The notes beneath the pieces were generated by a model that was not told the DNA's origin, made no database searches, and saw only the letters and a list, made by a program, of their open reading frames with translations. Positions 29,856 through 37,208 of a DNA stretch of 44,296 bases are shown in pieces. Made by a program: the position numbers and the translations under genes. Numbering within the stretch: position 1 is the stretch's first letter; each line of letters begins with the position of its first letter. The stretch is from a virus (lineage: Duplodnaviria; Caudoviricetes): IMG/VR virus record IMGVR_UViG_3300032237_000500, positions 1 to 44,296 of that record, one strand, 5' to 3'.

Positions 29856-30405
29856 ATTTAATTACAATATCATTAGATTTCATACAATAAAGTCTTTGTC
29901 CATCAATAACAAAGTCAAATTCTCCATAAGGAGTATATCCAACAAGGTCTCCCTCGTTTATTTTAAGCGCTTCTAAGGAACTATTTCCGTATTTTAGTAT
30001 GCCAATAAGTTTTTGCTCTTTATCTACGTTTAAATAGTCTTTATTCTTAATTGGCTTAACAAAACATCTGTCCCCAAATGCTTTCCATTTACCTGTATTT
30101 TTATATAAATATATTTGATCCAGATCACAAAAATATAAATCATCTTTAAAGTATGATCTACTATTTTTTTTATTACCTCTTATATCATAAAACACTCTAA
30201 AAACATTATGGTGAATTACAACTATATCTCCAACTTTAATATTAGTTGAATAAGCCAAAGGTAATGCAACAACTTCAGCAAAATTATTTACAGATTTAAA
30301 ACTTTCAATCTTAGTATTTACTATTAATTCTCTATCTGCAATCTTAACTTTGTTATTGTATCTTTCTCCTACAGGTTTAACTATAAAGCTAAATACACTT
30401 CGCAT
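29797..30405 (-). CDS. GroES-like protein with two tandem Cpn10-like domains
   Basis: First half: IVKP...EVVALP...IKVGDIVV. Second half: GDRCFVKPI...GILKYG...INEGDLVGY...IDGQRLYCMKSNDI, which matches the GroES C-terminal signature. Confidence 0.6.
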   Translation of the reverse strand: MRSVFSFIVKPVGERYNNKVKIADRELIVNTKIESFKSVNNFAEVVALPLAYSTNIKVGDIVVIHHNVFRVFYDIRGNKKNSRSYFKDDLYFCDLDQIYLYKNTGKWKAFGDRCFVKPIKNKDYLNVDKEQKLIGILKYGNSSLEALKINEGDLVGYTPYGEFDFVIDGQRLYCMKSNDIVIKYEYKGNETSYNPVWAQSSS

Positions 30406-30632
30406 TAGTATTCTAAATCATATTCAACTGAAATAGCCATATTAGAATTAAACTTCTTCCATGGCATAACTTCGTCTTCTTTTTTAATATAAATATTATA
30501 CGATGTATCACTATCATCAAATATAATATTGCATATTGCATGCCCTCCATAAACATTTTGACCTATTGAATAATGCATTGCTTCATTTTTATAGTCTGTA
30601 CCTATACTAATTTTTCTAATAACAGAACTCAT
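30405..30632 (-). CDS. Hypothetical protein (75 aa, beta-rich)
   Basis: Translationally coupled (TAATG-type overlaps) on both sides. Confidence 0.7.
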   Translation of the reverse strand: MSSVIRKISIGTDYKNEAMHYSIGQNVYGGHAICNIIFDDSDTSYNIYIKKEDEVMPWKKFNSNMAISVEYDLEY

Positions 30633-30898
30633 TAGTCAACTTTTTCTAATGTAACCTCCTCAGGTTTAGTTATATAAGTATAAGTTCCATCTTCAACATT
30701 AATATTTATATCACCATATTCTGCTTGCAATTCTGATTTGAATTCTTCTATTTTTTTATTTACTTCCGCAATTTGGTGTAAGAATCCATGTTTTTGAGAT
30801 TCCAATATTCCTATATTAGATAATAAGGTATTCAAATCTTTTTGTTGATTAACAATAGTTTCTAATTGTTTCTCTGTAATTTTGTTTGTGTTTTCCAT
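30632..30898 (-). CDS. Small coiled-coil protein
   Basis: Heptad pattern followed by YGDININVEDGTY; AT-rich start region. Confidence 0.7.
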   Translation of the reverse strand: MENTNKITEKQLETIVNQQKDLNTLLSNIGILESQKHGFLHQIAEVNKKIEEFKSELQAEYGDININVEDGTYTYITKPEEVTLEKVD

Positions 30899-30916
30899 TT
30901 GATTTAATTTAATTAT

Positions 30917-31279
30917 TTATGATAGTGTTAATAAGTATTTTAATTTTGCGGTTTCTCCAGATAATGATTGGGCAAGATTTGATATATCACCAAACTTTGC
31001 AGAATCGCCATATGCTTCTAAATCTTTAGAGAATTTCATTACTTCATCTGCAATAATCATTGCATCTGCCTTTGGAGCAATAGGGTCTATCTTTAATGAT
31101 TGTATTCTTTTTCCAGTGTAACCCATTAATTTTTCAACTACATCATCTTTAAAGTCTTGTAAGAATTCATAAAATGCGCCTGTAGCTTTATGCTCTGCAA
31201 AACTTCTGGTTTCCCAGTGAATCATATGAATTTGTTCATGAAAGAACGCTAATTTACCTGCAATTTCTTCTGTTGTCAT
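30917..31279 (-). CDS. Ferritin/Dps-like four-helix protein (DUF5856-like)
   Basis: HMIHWET...FAEHKA...FYE...DDVVE...G parallels the Dps HW...LH..F...Y...D..AE ferroxidase signature. Confidence 0.7.
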   Translation of the reverse strand: MTTEEIAGKLAFFHEQIHMIHWETRSFAEHKATGAFYEFLQDFKDDVVEKLMGYTGKRIQSLKIDPIAPKADAMIIADEVMKFSKDLEAYGDSAKFGDISNLAQSLSGETAKLKYLLTLS

Positions 31280-31300
31280 ATTATTTTATTTTATTATTTA

Positions 31301-31582
31301 TTAGTCAAAGCATGCATTATAAACAGGCCCTATTACCGGGTAAAGATTAGAACCTATACTAGGTTCTTCATCCGTAAAAGCCCCTAATAATGCCCTTGTA
31401 CCAAAATATGGACTATAAACATAATTTCCAGATTGCCAGTCAACATTTTCCACAAATTCCGTAAAAGCACTTGGGATAACTCCATAAAGACAAACCTCAT
31501 CAATTACAAACCAACCTGAGCGAAGATTAGATTCACCTCTACTAGTATTATTAGGCCAACCTATACCAATCCCCATTCTCAT
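31301..31582 (-). CDS. Hypothetical protein
   Basis: In-operon ORF with a Gly-rich MGIGIG start. Confidence 0.6.
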   Translation of the reverse strand: MRMGIGIGWPNNTSRGESNLRSGWFVIDEVCLYGVIPSAFTEFVENVDWQSGNYVYSPYFGTRALLGAFTDEEPSIGSNLYPVIGPVYNACFD

Positions 31583-31863
31583 TAGTAAAGTGCTACTATA
31601 TCAGAGCAGGTTGTTGCTCCTTCATCATAACCTGCCCATACATTACTAACTATAACAGGGAAAAATGTGCCGTCCGGGATATTGTGAAATATTGTATAAG
31701 TTTCTGGCCCTCCCACAACAGTGCAATATAAAGTTCCCCCAGTACCTATATATAATGCAGCTGATCCTAAATTTTCGCCTGGTATTTCGTTTGCAATATC
31801 ACCAGTAGGTACTATATTTTTTGCTCTTGTTCCAAAATCTGGTTGATTACCATATTGTCCCAT
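31582..31863 (-). CDS. Small beta-rich putative virion (decoration/spike-base-like) protein
   Basis: ALYIGTGG.L.....G....F..IPDGTF.PV.V..V......T...IVALY is a pattern common in small phage head-associated proteins. Confidence 0.55.
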   Translation of the reverse strand: MGQYGNQPDFGTRAKNIVPTGDIANEIPGENLGSAALYIGTGGTLYCTVVGGPETYTIFHNIPDGTFFPVIVSNVWAGYDEGATTCSDIVALY

Positions 31864-31866
31864 AAT

Positions 31867-32106
31867 TTATTTTTTAAATATTCTATTATATATTGTTTGT
31901 TTCTTCATAGGTATCTCTAATACAGTATCACCTGGATAACTATAATCTTTACCTGGTTTCATTACTTTTGAATTACCTTTATTATCAATACCTAAAACGG
32001 GAAACTCCACATTTTTCATAGTGATTTCCCCGCTAGGTATTACATTATAAGGTCTATCTTTATCAGGACTATTTTTTTTATAACCTTTTGTAGATAGATT
32101 TTTCAT
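31867..32106 (-). CDS. Hypothetical small basic protein
   Basis: In-operon ORF containing IPSGEITMKNV..PVLGID..G....MKPG.DY.YPG..V.EIP. Confidence 0.65.
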   Translation of the reverse strand: MKNLSTKGYKKNSPDKDRPYNVIPSGEITMKNVEFPVLGIDNKGNSKVMKPGKDYSYPGDTVLEIPMKKQTIYNRIFKK

Positions 32107-32940
32107 TTAATATTTTTTCATTTTAGCCGGAGCTTTTTTCTTGTTTTGGCTTTTTAATTGGAAAACCCCATAAGAATTATTTTTCACTGCCTCTTTCTTT
32201 TTTTCTGCCGCAACTTTTCTAGTTGTACCTGCATTATTTGGCGTTGAAGTTACTTCTACTTTTCTAGTTAAAAGCTTCTTTCTTTCTTCAGCTTTTCTAT
32301 TCCTGTTTTCTAAAGCTTTACCACTTAATCCATTTGCACTTGCACTACCTTCTTCTGCTTGAGAATATTTTGCATTAATGGATTTGTTATAAGCATTTGT
32401 GCCCTTAACATAACTATTAGCAGAAACATTACTTGAAGTTACATTTGCTTTTGTTGAAGTTTTCCCAGCATTAGCCCCTATATAACCTCTTGTAACTTTT
32501 GCCTCAGTTACAGCTCCCATTACTGGTGCTTGAGATTCTTCTATTATTGTTTTAGGAGGAGTACCAGGCGTACCAGGTATTATTTTATCAGGCGTGCCAG
32601 GCGTTGCTGGTGTCCCTTTTGTTTTATTAGTATATTCTTGGCCCTTTGGTGTTTTTAAAAACTTTTCCCAAGCAGCATTAGACGCTTTAGGACCTCTATA
32701 AGTATCCGGTTTACCAGGTTTACCAGGACTACCAGGACTACCTTTTATTATAGTTGCTGATGTTCCAGAAGTTCCAGGAACAGTCGTAGTTTTAGTTGTT
32801 TTTTCAAAAATTTCGCCTGAAGCATTTTTTACTTTCTTTGTTTTTGATCCTGATACAGGATTTGTTTGTAAAAAAGCCGATGGTAGCCCATTTCCAGTTT
32901 GTTGAAGAGGCGATCTTCCAGGGTTTAAATTAAATGCCAT
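32107..32940 (-). CDS. Lys/Thr/Pro/Gly-rich low-complexity protein, probably disordered
   Basis: PGS/PGK/PGT triplet repeats; SPLQQ near the N-terminus and PAKMKK at the C-terminus. Confidence 0.7.
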   Translation of the reverse strand: MAFNLNPGRSPLQQTGNGLPSAFLQTNPVSGSKTKKVKNASGEIFEKTTKTTTVPGTSGTSATIIKGSPGSPGKPGKPDTYRGPKASNAAWEKFLKTPKGQEYTNKTKGTPATPGTPDKIIPGTPGTPPKTIIEESQAPVMGAVTEAKVTRGYIGANAGKTSTKANVTSSNVSANSYVKGTNAYNKSINAKYSQAEEGSASANGLSGKALENRNRKAEERKKLLTRKVEVTSTPNNAGTTRKVAAEKKKEAVKNNSYGVFQLKSQNKKKAPAKMKKY

Positions 32941-32961
32941 GTTTTATTGGTTTATTTTTTA

Positions 32962-33321
32962 TTATTTTATTTTTGTGTACGTTATAATCACATTGATGTC
33001 CCCTTCTACAACTCTCTGTAAAGTTGTTTTGTTTATAATAGTAAAACTACTTGCTGTAATCCATTTGTTTTCTATTGAGACCTCTTTAACAAATATATTA
33101 TTTTGATTTATCTTAAATTCAATTAGTTGTAACGGCTCTCCTGTGCTTCCGCAAATGTCCTGCATCTGCAAATCCCCGTTTGAGTTTTTCCAAAAAAACA
33201 ATTGACTTGATTCCTGATCTGGTTCCCAATAACCAATTAAATCATTTGTATTAATTTTTGTTTGTGAAAAAACACTTAAACTAAGTAATGTAATTGCGAT
33301 AATAAAGATTGCTTTTTTCAT
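32962..33321 (-). CDS. Sec-exported protein with a possible lipocalin-like beta barrel
   Basis: Signal peptide MKKAIFIIAITLLSLSVFS|Q with Gln at +1 (Bacteroidota type), 'DLIGYW' GxW motif, and all-beta body. Confidence 0.65.
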   Translation of the reverse strand: MKKAIFIIAITLLSLSVFSQTKINTNDLIGYWEPDQESSQLFFWKNSNGDLQMQDICGSTGEPLQLIEFKINQNNIFVKEVSIENKWITASSFTIINKTTLQRVVEGDINVIITYTKIK

Positions 33322-33349
33322 AATATATTAAATTAAAGTTATATATTAT

Positions 33350-33360
33350 TATTATTACGC
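33350..33360 (-). promoter_or_regulatory. Candidate phage late-promoter motif, copy GCGTAATAATA
   Basis: One of four similar motifs in intergenic gaps; 28 nt upstream of the ATG. Confidence 0.45.
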
Positions 33361-33364
33361 GTAT

Positions 33365-33679
33365 TTATTGCTTTTTATAAGCTTCCATTTCCCAAGGCAG
33401 GTTTTTTGCTCCCTCTTTCATTTTAGAACGTGGATATTTTTTACCTTTCCAAATAACGTGAGAATCCGTATAATCCAAATCTCCACGTTTCATTTGATCT
33501 ATATGTACTTTCTCGTGTGATATAGTTTTATTCTTTTTTAATTCTAAAGGAGATATATTTTTATTCACTAATATAGTTCCATTAGATTGCGCCATACCTA
33601 AAATATTGCCGTCCATATCGGTACTATATACAGGAGTATTATCCACATTATATGGAAATCCTTTCATTTTAAAAGACAT
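33365..33679 (-). CDS. Minimal zincin-like metallopeptidase
   Basis: G.A..NG.I.VN strand pattern, HEKVH (HExxH) helix and a downstream WEMEAY third-ligand Glu. Confidence 0.75.
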   Translation of the reverse strand: MSFKMKGFPYNVDNTPVYSTDMDGNILGMAQSNGTILVNKNISPLELKKNKTISHEKVHIDQMKRGDLDYTDSHVIWKGKKYPRSKMKEGAKNLPWEMEAYKKQ

Positions 33680-33696
33680 ATAAATAATAAATATTA

Positions 33697-33734
33697 TTAA
33701 ATTCCCTATAAAAGTATATCTATAGGGAATTTAA
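33697..33734. terminator. Perfect 14-bp inverted repeat (terminator-like hairpin)
   Basis: ttaaattccctata-N10-tatagggaatttaa, located just after the stop of the 88-aa gene. Confidence 0.6.
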
Positions 33735-33741
33735 ATTAATA

Positions 33742-34008
33742 TTATGCTATCGCAACAGCAGAAATAGTAACAGTACTAGGCACTGTCACGGGTACGCAAA
33801 TAGGCCCCGGAACAGTAAGGATAGCCTTATTGATAGCAGCTAATAAAGCAGCTCCTTGAGTAGATCCAACTGTGAACGTAAAAGTTTTGCCAGCTCCAGC
33901 TAAAACCACTGTAGTTGAAGTAGCTAATGTGCCAAGTAAATTATCCGTACTGATTAATACTTCTGGTGTAGCTGCAACTCCTGTTACAACTGAAATAAAT
34001 TTTGCCAT
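33742..34008 (-). CDS. Small Ala/Thr/Val-rich protein, possible capsid decoration protein
   Basis: Structural-protein-like composition and a dedicated downstream hairpin, as seen after the capsid gene. Confidence 0.55.
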   Translation of the reverse strand: MAKFISVVTGVAATPEVLISTDNLLGTLATSTTVVLAGAGKTFTFTVGSTQGAALLAAINKAILTVPGPICVPVTVPSTVTISAVAIA

Positions 34009-34059
34009 TTTGTTTTGTTTTAGTTTTGTTTATTGTTTATATATAAAGAATGTTAATAA

Positions 34060-34314
34060 CTAACATTTTTTCATTTTCGTAGGAGGCATTTTTTTTGCTT
34101 CCTTTTTTTCAAAAGTTTTAGTTTCTTTTTTTTCATGCTTAGCCATAGCCGCTTTAGAAGGATAAGTTTCAACTTTACCTTTTTCATAACTACCCTTTTC
34201 TACAATTTTTTTACCTGGTTTAGGTTTTATTTGTAAAGCAGGAGAAGTCGTAGTTTTCTTTTTTGGATATTCGCCTTTTACAATATACCCTGTTGGTTTT
34301 TTAATTGCTTTCAT
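34060..34314 (-). CDS. Small, very Lys-rich protein
   Basis: Contains SPALQ, YPSKAAMAKHEKKE and a C-terminal PTKMKKC. Confidence 0.7.
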   Translation of the reverse strand: MKAIKKPTGYIVKGEYPKKKTTTSPALQIKPKPGKKIVEKGSYEKGKVETYPSKAAMAKHEKKETKTFEKKEAKKMPPTKMKKC

Positions 34315-34320
34315 TTTATA

Positions 34321-34545
34321 TTAAATGTTAAATTTTGGTTTAGCTCTTTGTGTTATTGGTTGAGCATTATATTCTGGTTTGATATTATTAAATACTATTC
34401 CATCTTTTCCGGCACTCCAACCTTTACCTTTAGGCAAAGCGGTAGTATCAAATGGACCATTCCATAATGCATTTGCGCCCACTCCTTGTAGTGAAGCTTC
34501 TTTGTCCTCCCATGTCATTGGGTGTTTTTTAATATTTAGATTCAT
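34321..34545 (-). CDS. Hypothetical protein
   Basis: In-operon 74-aa ORF. Confidence 0.65.
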   Translation of the reverse strand: MNLNIKKHPMTWEDKEASLQGVGANALWNGPFDTTALPKGKGWSAGKDGIVFNNIKPEYNAQPITQRAKPKFNI

Positions 34546-34547
34546 AA

Positions 34548-34772
34548 TTAGTAGTTATTTATATCGTAAGGTGGAACAATAGGTGTATCAACTCCAGTTG
34601 GTGGTGGTATAGGAGATACTCCAGGATTAGTTGCTAATGTATTTGTTGGATTATAAGGATTGTTAACATTTCTTGTAAATGTATTTGGCACCTGTGTTCC
34701 AAACATACCTTGTATATTATTTGTATTTGTAAATCCTTTTGGATTTATAGGTGTTGGATTTAGTTCATTCAT
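34548..34772 (-). CDS. Asn/Pro/Thr-rich small protein
   Basis: In-operon ORF overlapping the upstream stop; low complexity. Confidence 0.6.
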   Translation of the reverse strand: MNELNPTPINPKGFTNTNNIQGMFGTQVPNTFTRNVNNPYNPTNTLATNPGVSPIPPPTGVDTPIVPPYDINNY

Positions 34773-35217
34773 TATTTCTTGTTTTATCTTTATTTACGTT
34801 TTCTATAGCAGTTATCATAAGATTGTCCATATAAGTTTTACCGCTCATTATAATATTTCTATGACTTGTTGGCAGATCTTCTTTACCAAGCATTATACGG
34901 TACATCCTACTTATTAGTTGTTTACACTTAAATGAAACTTTATATATATTGTATTTTTGGGTTGTATGGTTTCTATTTCTCCAAACCACTATCCACCCTT
35001 CTTTTAATAAATTGTTCCAGCGTTTATTGTCCCAACTGTAAGCATAAGTACCTATTTTATAATCTTGTTTGGTAAAGAACTCCATACAATCAAAATAGAT
35101 TAGTAATTCTAAATCTGCATCTGTTAAATCATTATTCCTACAAGCCCATCTACGTATTATCCTATAATGTTTTAACAAACCTATATCTCTAATGTCAGAG
35201 GGTTCTAAACGGCTCAT
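34765..35217 (-). CDS. Hypothetical protein, possible winged-helix DNA-binding fold
   Basis: DLTDADLELLIYF (MarR-like helix) ... LLKEGWI...R...IYKVS.K.K (wing-like). ATGA overlap with groES. Confidence 0.5.
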   Translation of the reverse strand: MSRLEPSDIRDIGLLKHYRIIRRWACRNNDLTDADLELLIYFDCMEFFTKQDYKIGTYAYSWDNKRWNNLLKEGWIVVWRNRNHTTQKYNIYKVSFKCKQLISRMYRIMLGKEDLPTSHRNIIMSGKTYMDNLMITAIENVNKDKTRNNE

Positions 35218-35474
35218 AATACTACTACAACATCGTCTAACCGTATAACGTAATAAGTTTCTTTACCAGGTTCTATTTTATGACCATTGTGTCTATCATA
35301 AAATATACTATCCCCCTCTTTAACGCCCACTACCTCATCACCAACACTAATAACTTTGGCTTCTATATATCTAATATCCTCTCTGTGATTTTCAGCCAGT
35401 AGAAGACCTCCTTTTGTTTCTGTAGTGCCTTCTTTTATTTTCTCTATAATTAATCTTTTACCAACTGCTTTCAT
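35214..35474 (-). CDS. groES: Co-chaperonin GroES (Cpn10)
   Basis: KAVGKRLII...ETKGGLLL (mobile loop)...VISVG...VKEGDSIFY...YYVIRLDDVVVV. Confidence 0.9.
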   Translation of the reverse strand: MKAVGKRLIIEKIKEGTTETKGGLLLAENHREDIRYIEAKVISVGDEVVGVKEGDSIFYDRHNGHKIEPGKETYYVIRLDDVVVVL

Positions 35475-37018
35475 TATGCTCTCAAATTATTGATTACACA
35501 ATCAGTTGATAATATAGTTGTTGCTACAGATGCTGCATTTCTTAATGCACTTTTAGTAACAAGTAATGGATCAATTATTCCCGCTTTAATCATATCAACA
35601 GTTTCTCCTGTTACAACATTAAGACCGTAACCTATACCAGATATAATATTATGCGATACTTCTTCAATTCCTGCATTATCTAATATAGTATTAAAAGGTG
35701 CCCTAATAGAATCTAGCAATATCTCTTCTCCAATAGAGAATGTATCTATATTATATGAAGCATTTAATAAAGCAATCCCTCCACCAGGCACAATACCTTC
35801 TTTAATTGCTGCCTTAGTTGCGCAAATAGCATCTTCAATTCTATCTGCTTTTTCTTTTAACTCTATCTCTGAATTAGCACCAACTTTAACCAATGCAATT
35901 CTACCCGTTAATCTTGCTAATCTTTTTTCTAACTTTATTACTCTTGTTGCTGGAGGATTTTCTAATAAAGATTTTTTAATGTCATCTATAATCTCCAATA
36001 CCTTCTCAGGTGTTTCACTTATATGTAATATTGTTTCTTCTTGGCTAGTAATACTCTTAACACAAGTGCCAAGTAACTCTGGTTGTATTAAATCTAAATC
36101 ATCCCCAAGATCCTCATTAATTACAGTTGCTCCTGTAAGTAATGCTAGATCATCAAATATTTCTTTTCTATTTACACCAAATGTAGGAGCATCAATAATA
36201 TTTATTTTTATATTACCTTTTAACTTATTCATTGCTAATGTAGATAATGGCATTGCTTCCATATCTCCAATTATAAGTAATGACTTGTTATTCTTTATAA
36301 CATATTCTAATATTGATTGTATTTGTCTTATGTTATCTATTGGTGATTCAACTAATAATACTAATGGATTATCTAATTCGGCAGTTTTGTTTTTTTGATT
36401 AGTTACAAAGTGCATGTTCTTTAATCCCATATCACATTGAATACCCTCAACTAATTCTAAACTAGATTCAGGATTAGATGATGTTTCCATCATTACAACT
36501 CCTGTATTTCCAACAGATCTAAACGCGTCTCCAACTAATTTACCTAATTCAGGATCATTATTAGTAGATATAGTTGCAATTTGATCTAACATATTATCAT
36601 CAACAGTTATACTTATCTTTTCTAAGTAATCTATTACTTTATCTACTGCTGAGTTTATACCTTCTTTTATTTTTCTTTCATTTGGATTTTCAACCTTATA
36701 AGCATTCTTTAAAATAGCGTGCGCTAATACTGTTGCTGTTGTTGTTCCGTCCCCTGCTTCTCTAACGGTTTTTCTTGCTGCTTCTTTTAATAATGTAGCC
36801 CCCATATTTTCTACAGGATCTAATAAAATAATAGAATCAGCAACTGTTACACCATCTTTTGTAATTATAGGTCTACCAGTTGTGTCTTCTAAAAGAACAC
36901 ATTTACCACTTGCTCCCAATGTAGAACTAACTGCCTTTGCTAGTTTTTCTATTCCAGCAAATACTTTATTGCTAGCTTCTTTTCCAAAACTTAAATTTTT
37001 GACTATAGCGTCTGACAT
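35474..37018 (-). CDS. groEL: Chaperonin GroEL (Cpn60)
   Basis: ITKDGVTVA, AGDGTTTATVLA, E.KEK.DRIEDA, EGIVPGGG and GIIDP motifs. No GGM tail. Confidence 0.96.
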   Translation of the reverse strand: MSDAIVKNLSFGKEASNKVFAGIEKLAKAVSSTLGASGKCVLLEDTTGRPIITKDGVTVADSIILLDPVENMGATLLKEAARKTVREAGDGTTTATVLAHAILKNAYKVENPNERKIKEGINSAVDKVIDYLEKISITVDDNMLDQIATISTNNDPELGKLVGDAFRSVGNTGVVMMETSSNPESSLELVEGIQCDMGLKNMHFVTNQKNKTAELDNPLVLLVESPIDNIRQIQSILEYVIKNNKSLLIIGDMEAMPLSTLAMNKLKGNIKINIIDAPTFGVNRKEIFDDLALLTGATVINEDLGDDLDLIQPELLGTCVKSITSQEETILHISETPEKVLEIIDDIKKSLLENPPATRVIKLEKRLARLTGRIALVKVGANSEIELKEKADRIEDAICATKAAIKEGIVPGGGIALLNASYNIDTFSIGEEILLDSIRAPFNTILDNAGIEEVSHNIISGIGYGLNVVTGETVDMIKAGIIDPLLVTKSALRNAASVATTILSTDCVINNLRA

Positions 37019-37046
37019 AATTTTATTTGATTAAATTGATATAACT

Positions 37047-37058
37047 TATATATCACCT
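37047..37058 (-). promoter_or_regulatory. Candidate phage late-promoter motif, copy AGGTGATATATA
   Basis: More degenerate copy, 28 nt upstream of the groEL ATG. Confidence 0.4.
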
Positions 37059-37076
37059 GTTTTTATTTTTTTTTAC

Positions 37077-37208
37077 CTATCCTTGCCCTCTAGATAACTT
37101 CTTATAATTTTTAGATGTTTTTAAATTAGACGTTTTAGATTTAGCGTGAATACCCGGTCTTTCAATATTTTTTACAACACGCTGAGTAGTCGTTGTTTGT
37201 TTCGCCAT
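37077..37208 (-). CDS. Small basic protein (43 aa), not in the ORF track
   Basis: Manual translation MAKQTTTTQRVVKNIERPGIHAKSKTSNLKTSKNYKKLSRGQG. It fills the gap between the spanin and groEL and overlaps the spanin 3' end. Confidence 0.65.
   Translation of the reverse strand: MAKQTTTTQRVVKNIERPGIHAKSKTSNLKTSKNYKKLSRGQG

Noticed and set aside
35474-37018. groEL as a sign of bacterial chromosomal DNA or a chimeric assembly
   Set aside because: It is divergent, lacks the GGM tail, has the same AT richness and strand as its neighbours, and is translationally coupled to phage genes.
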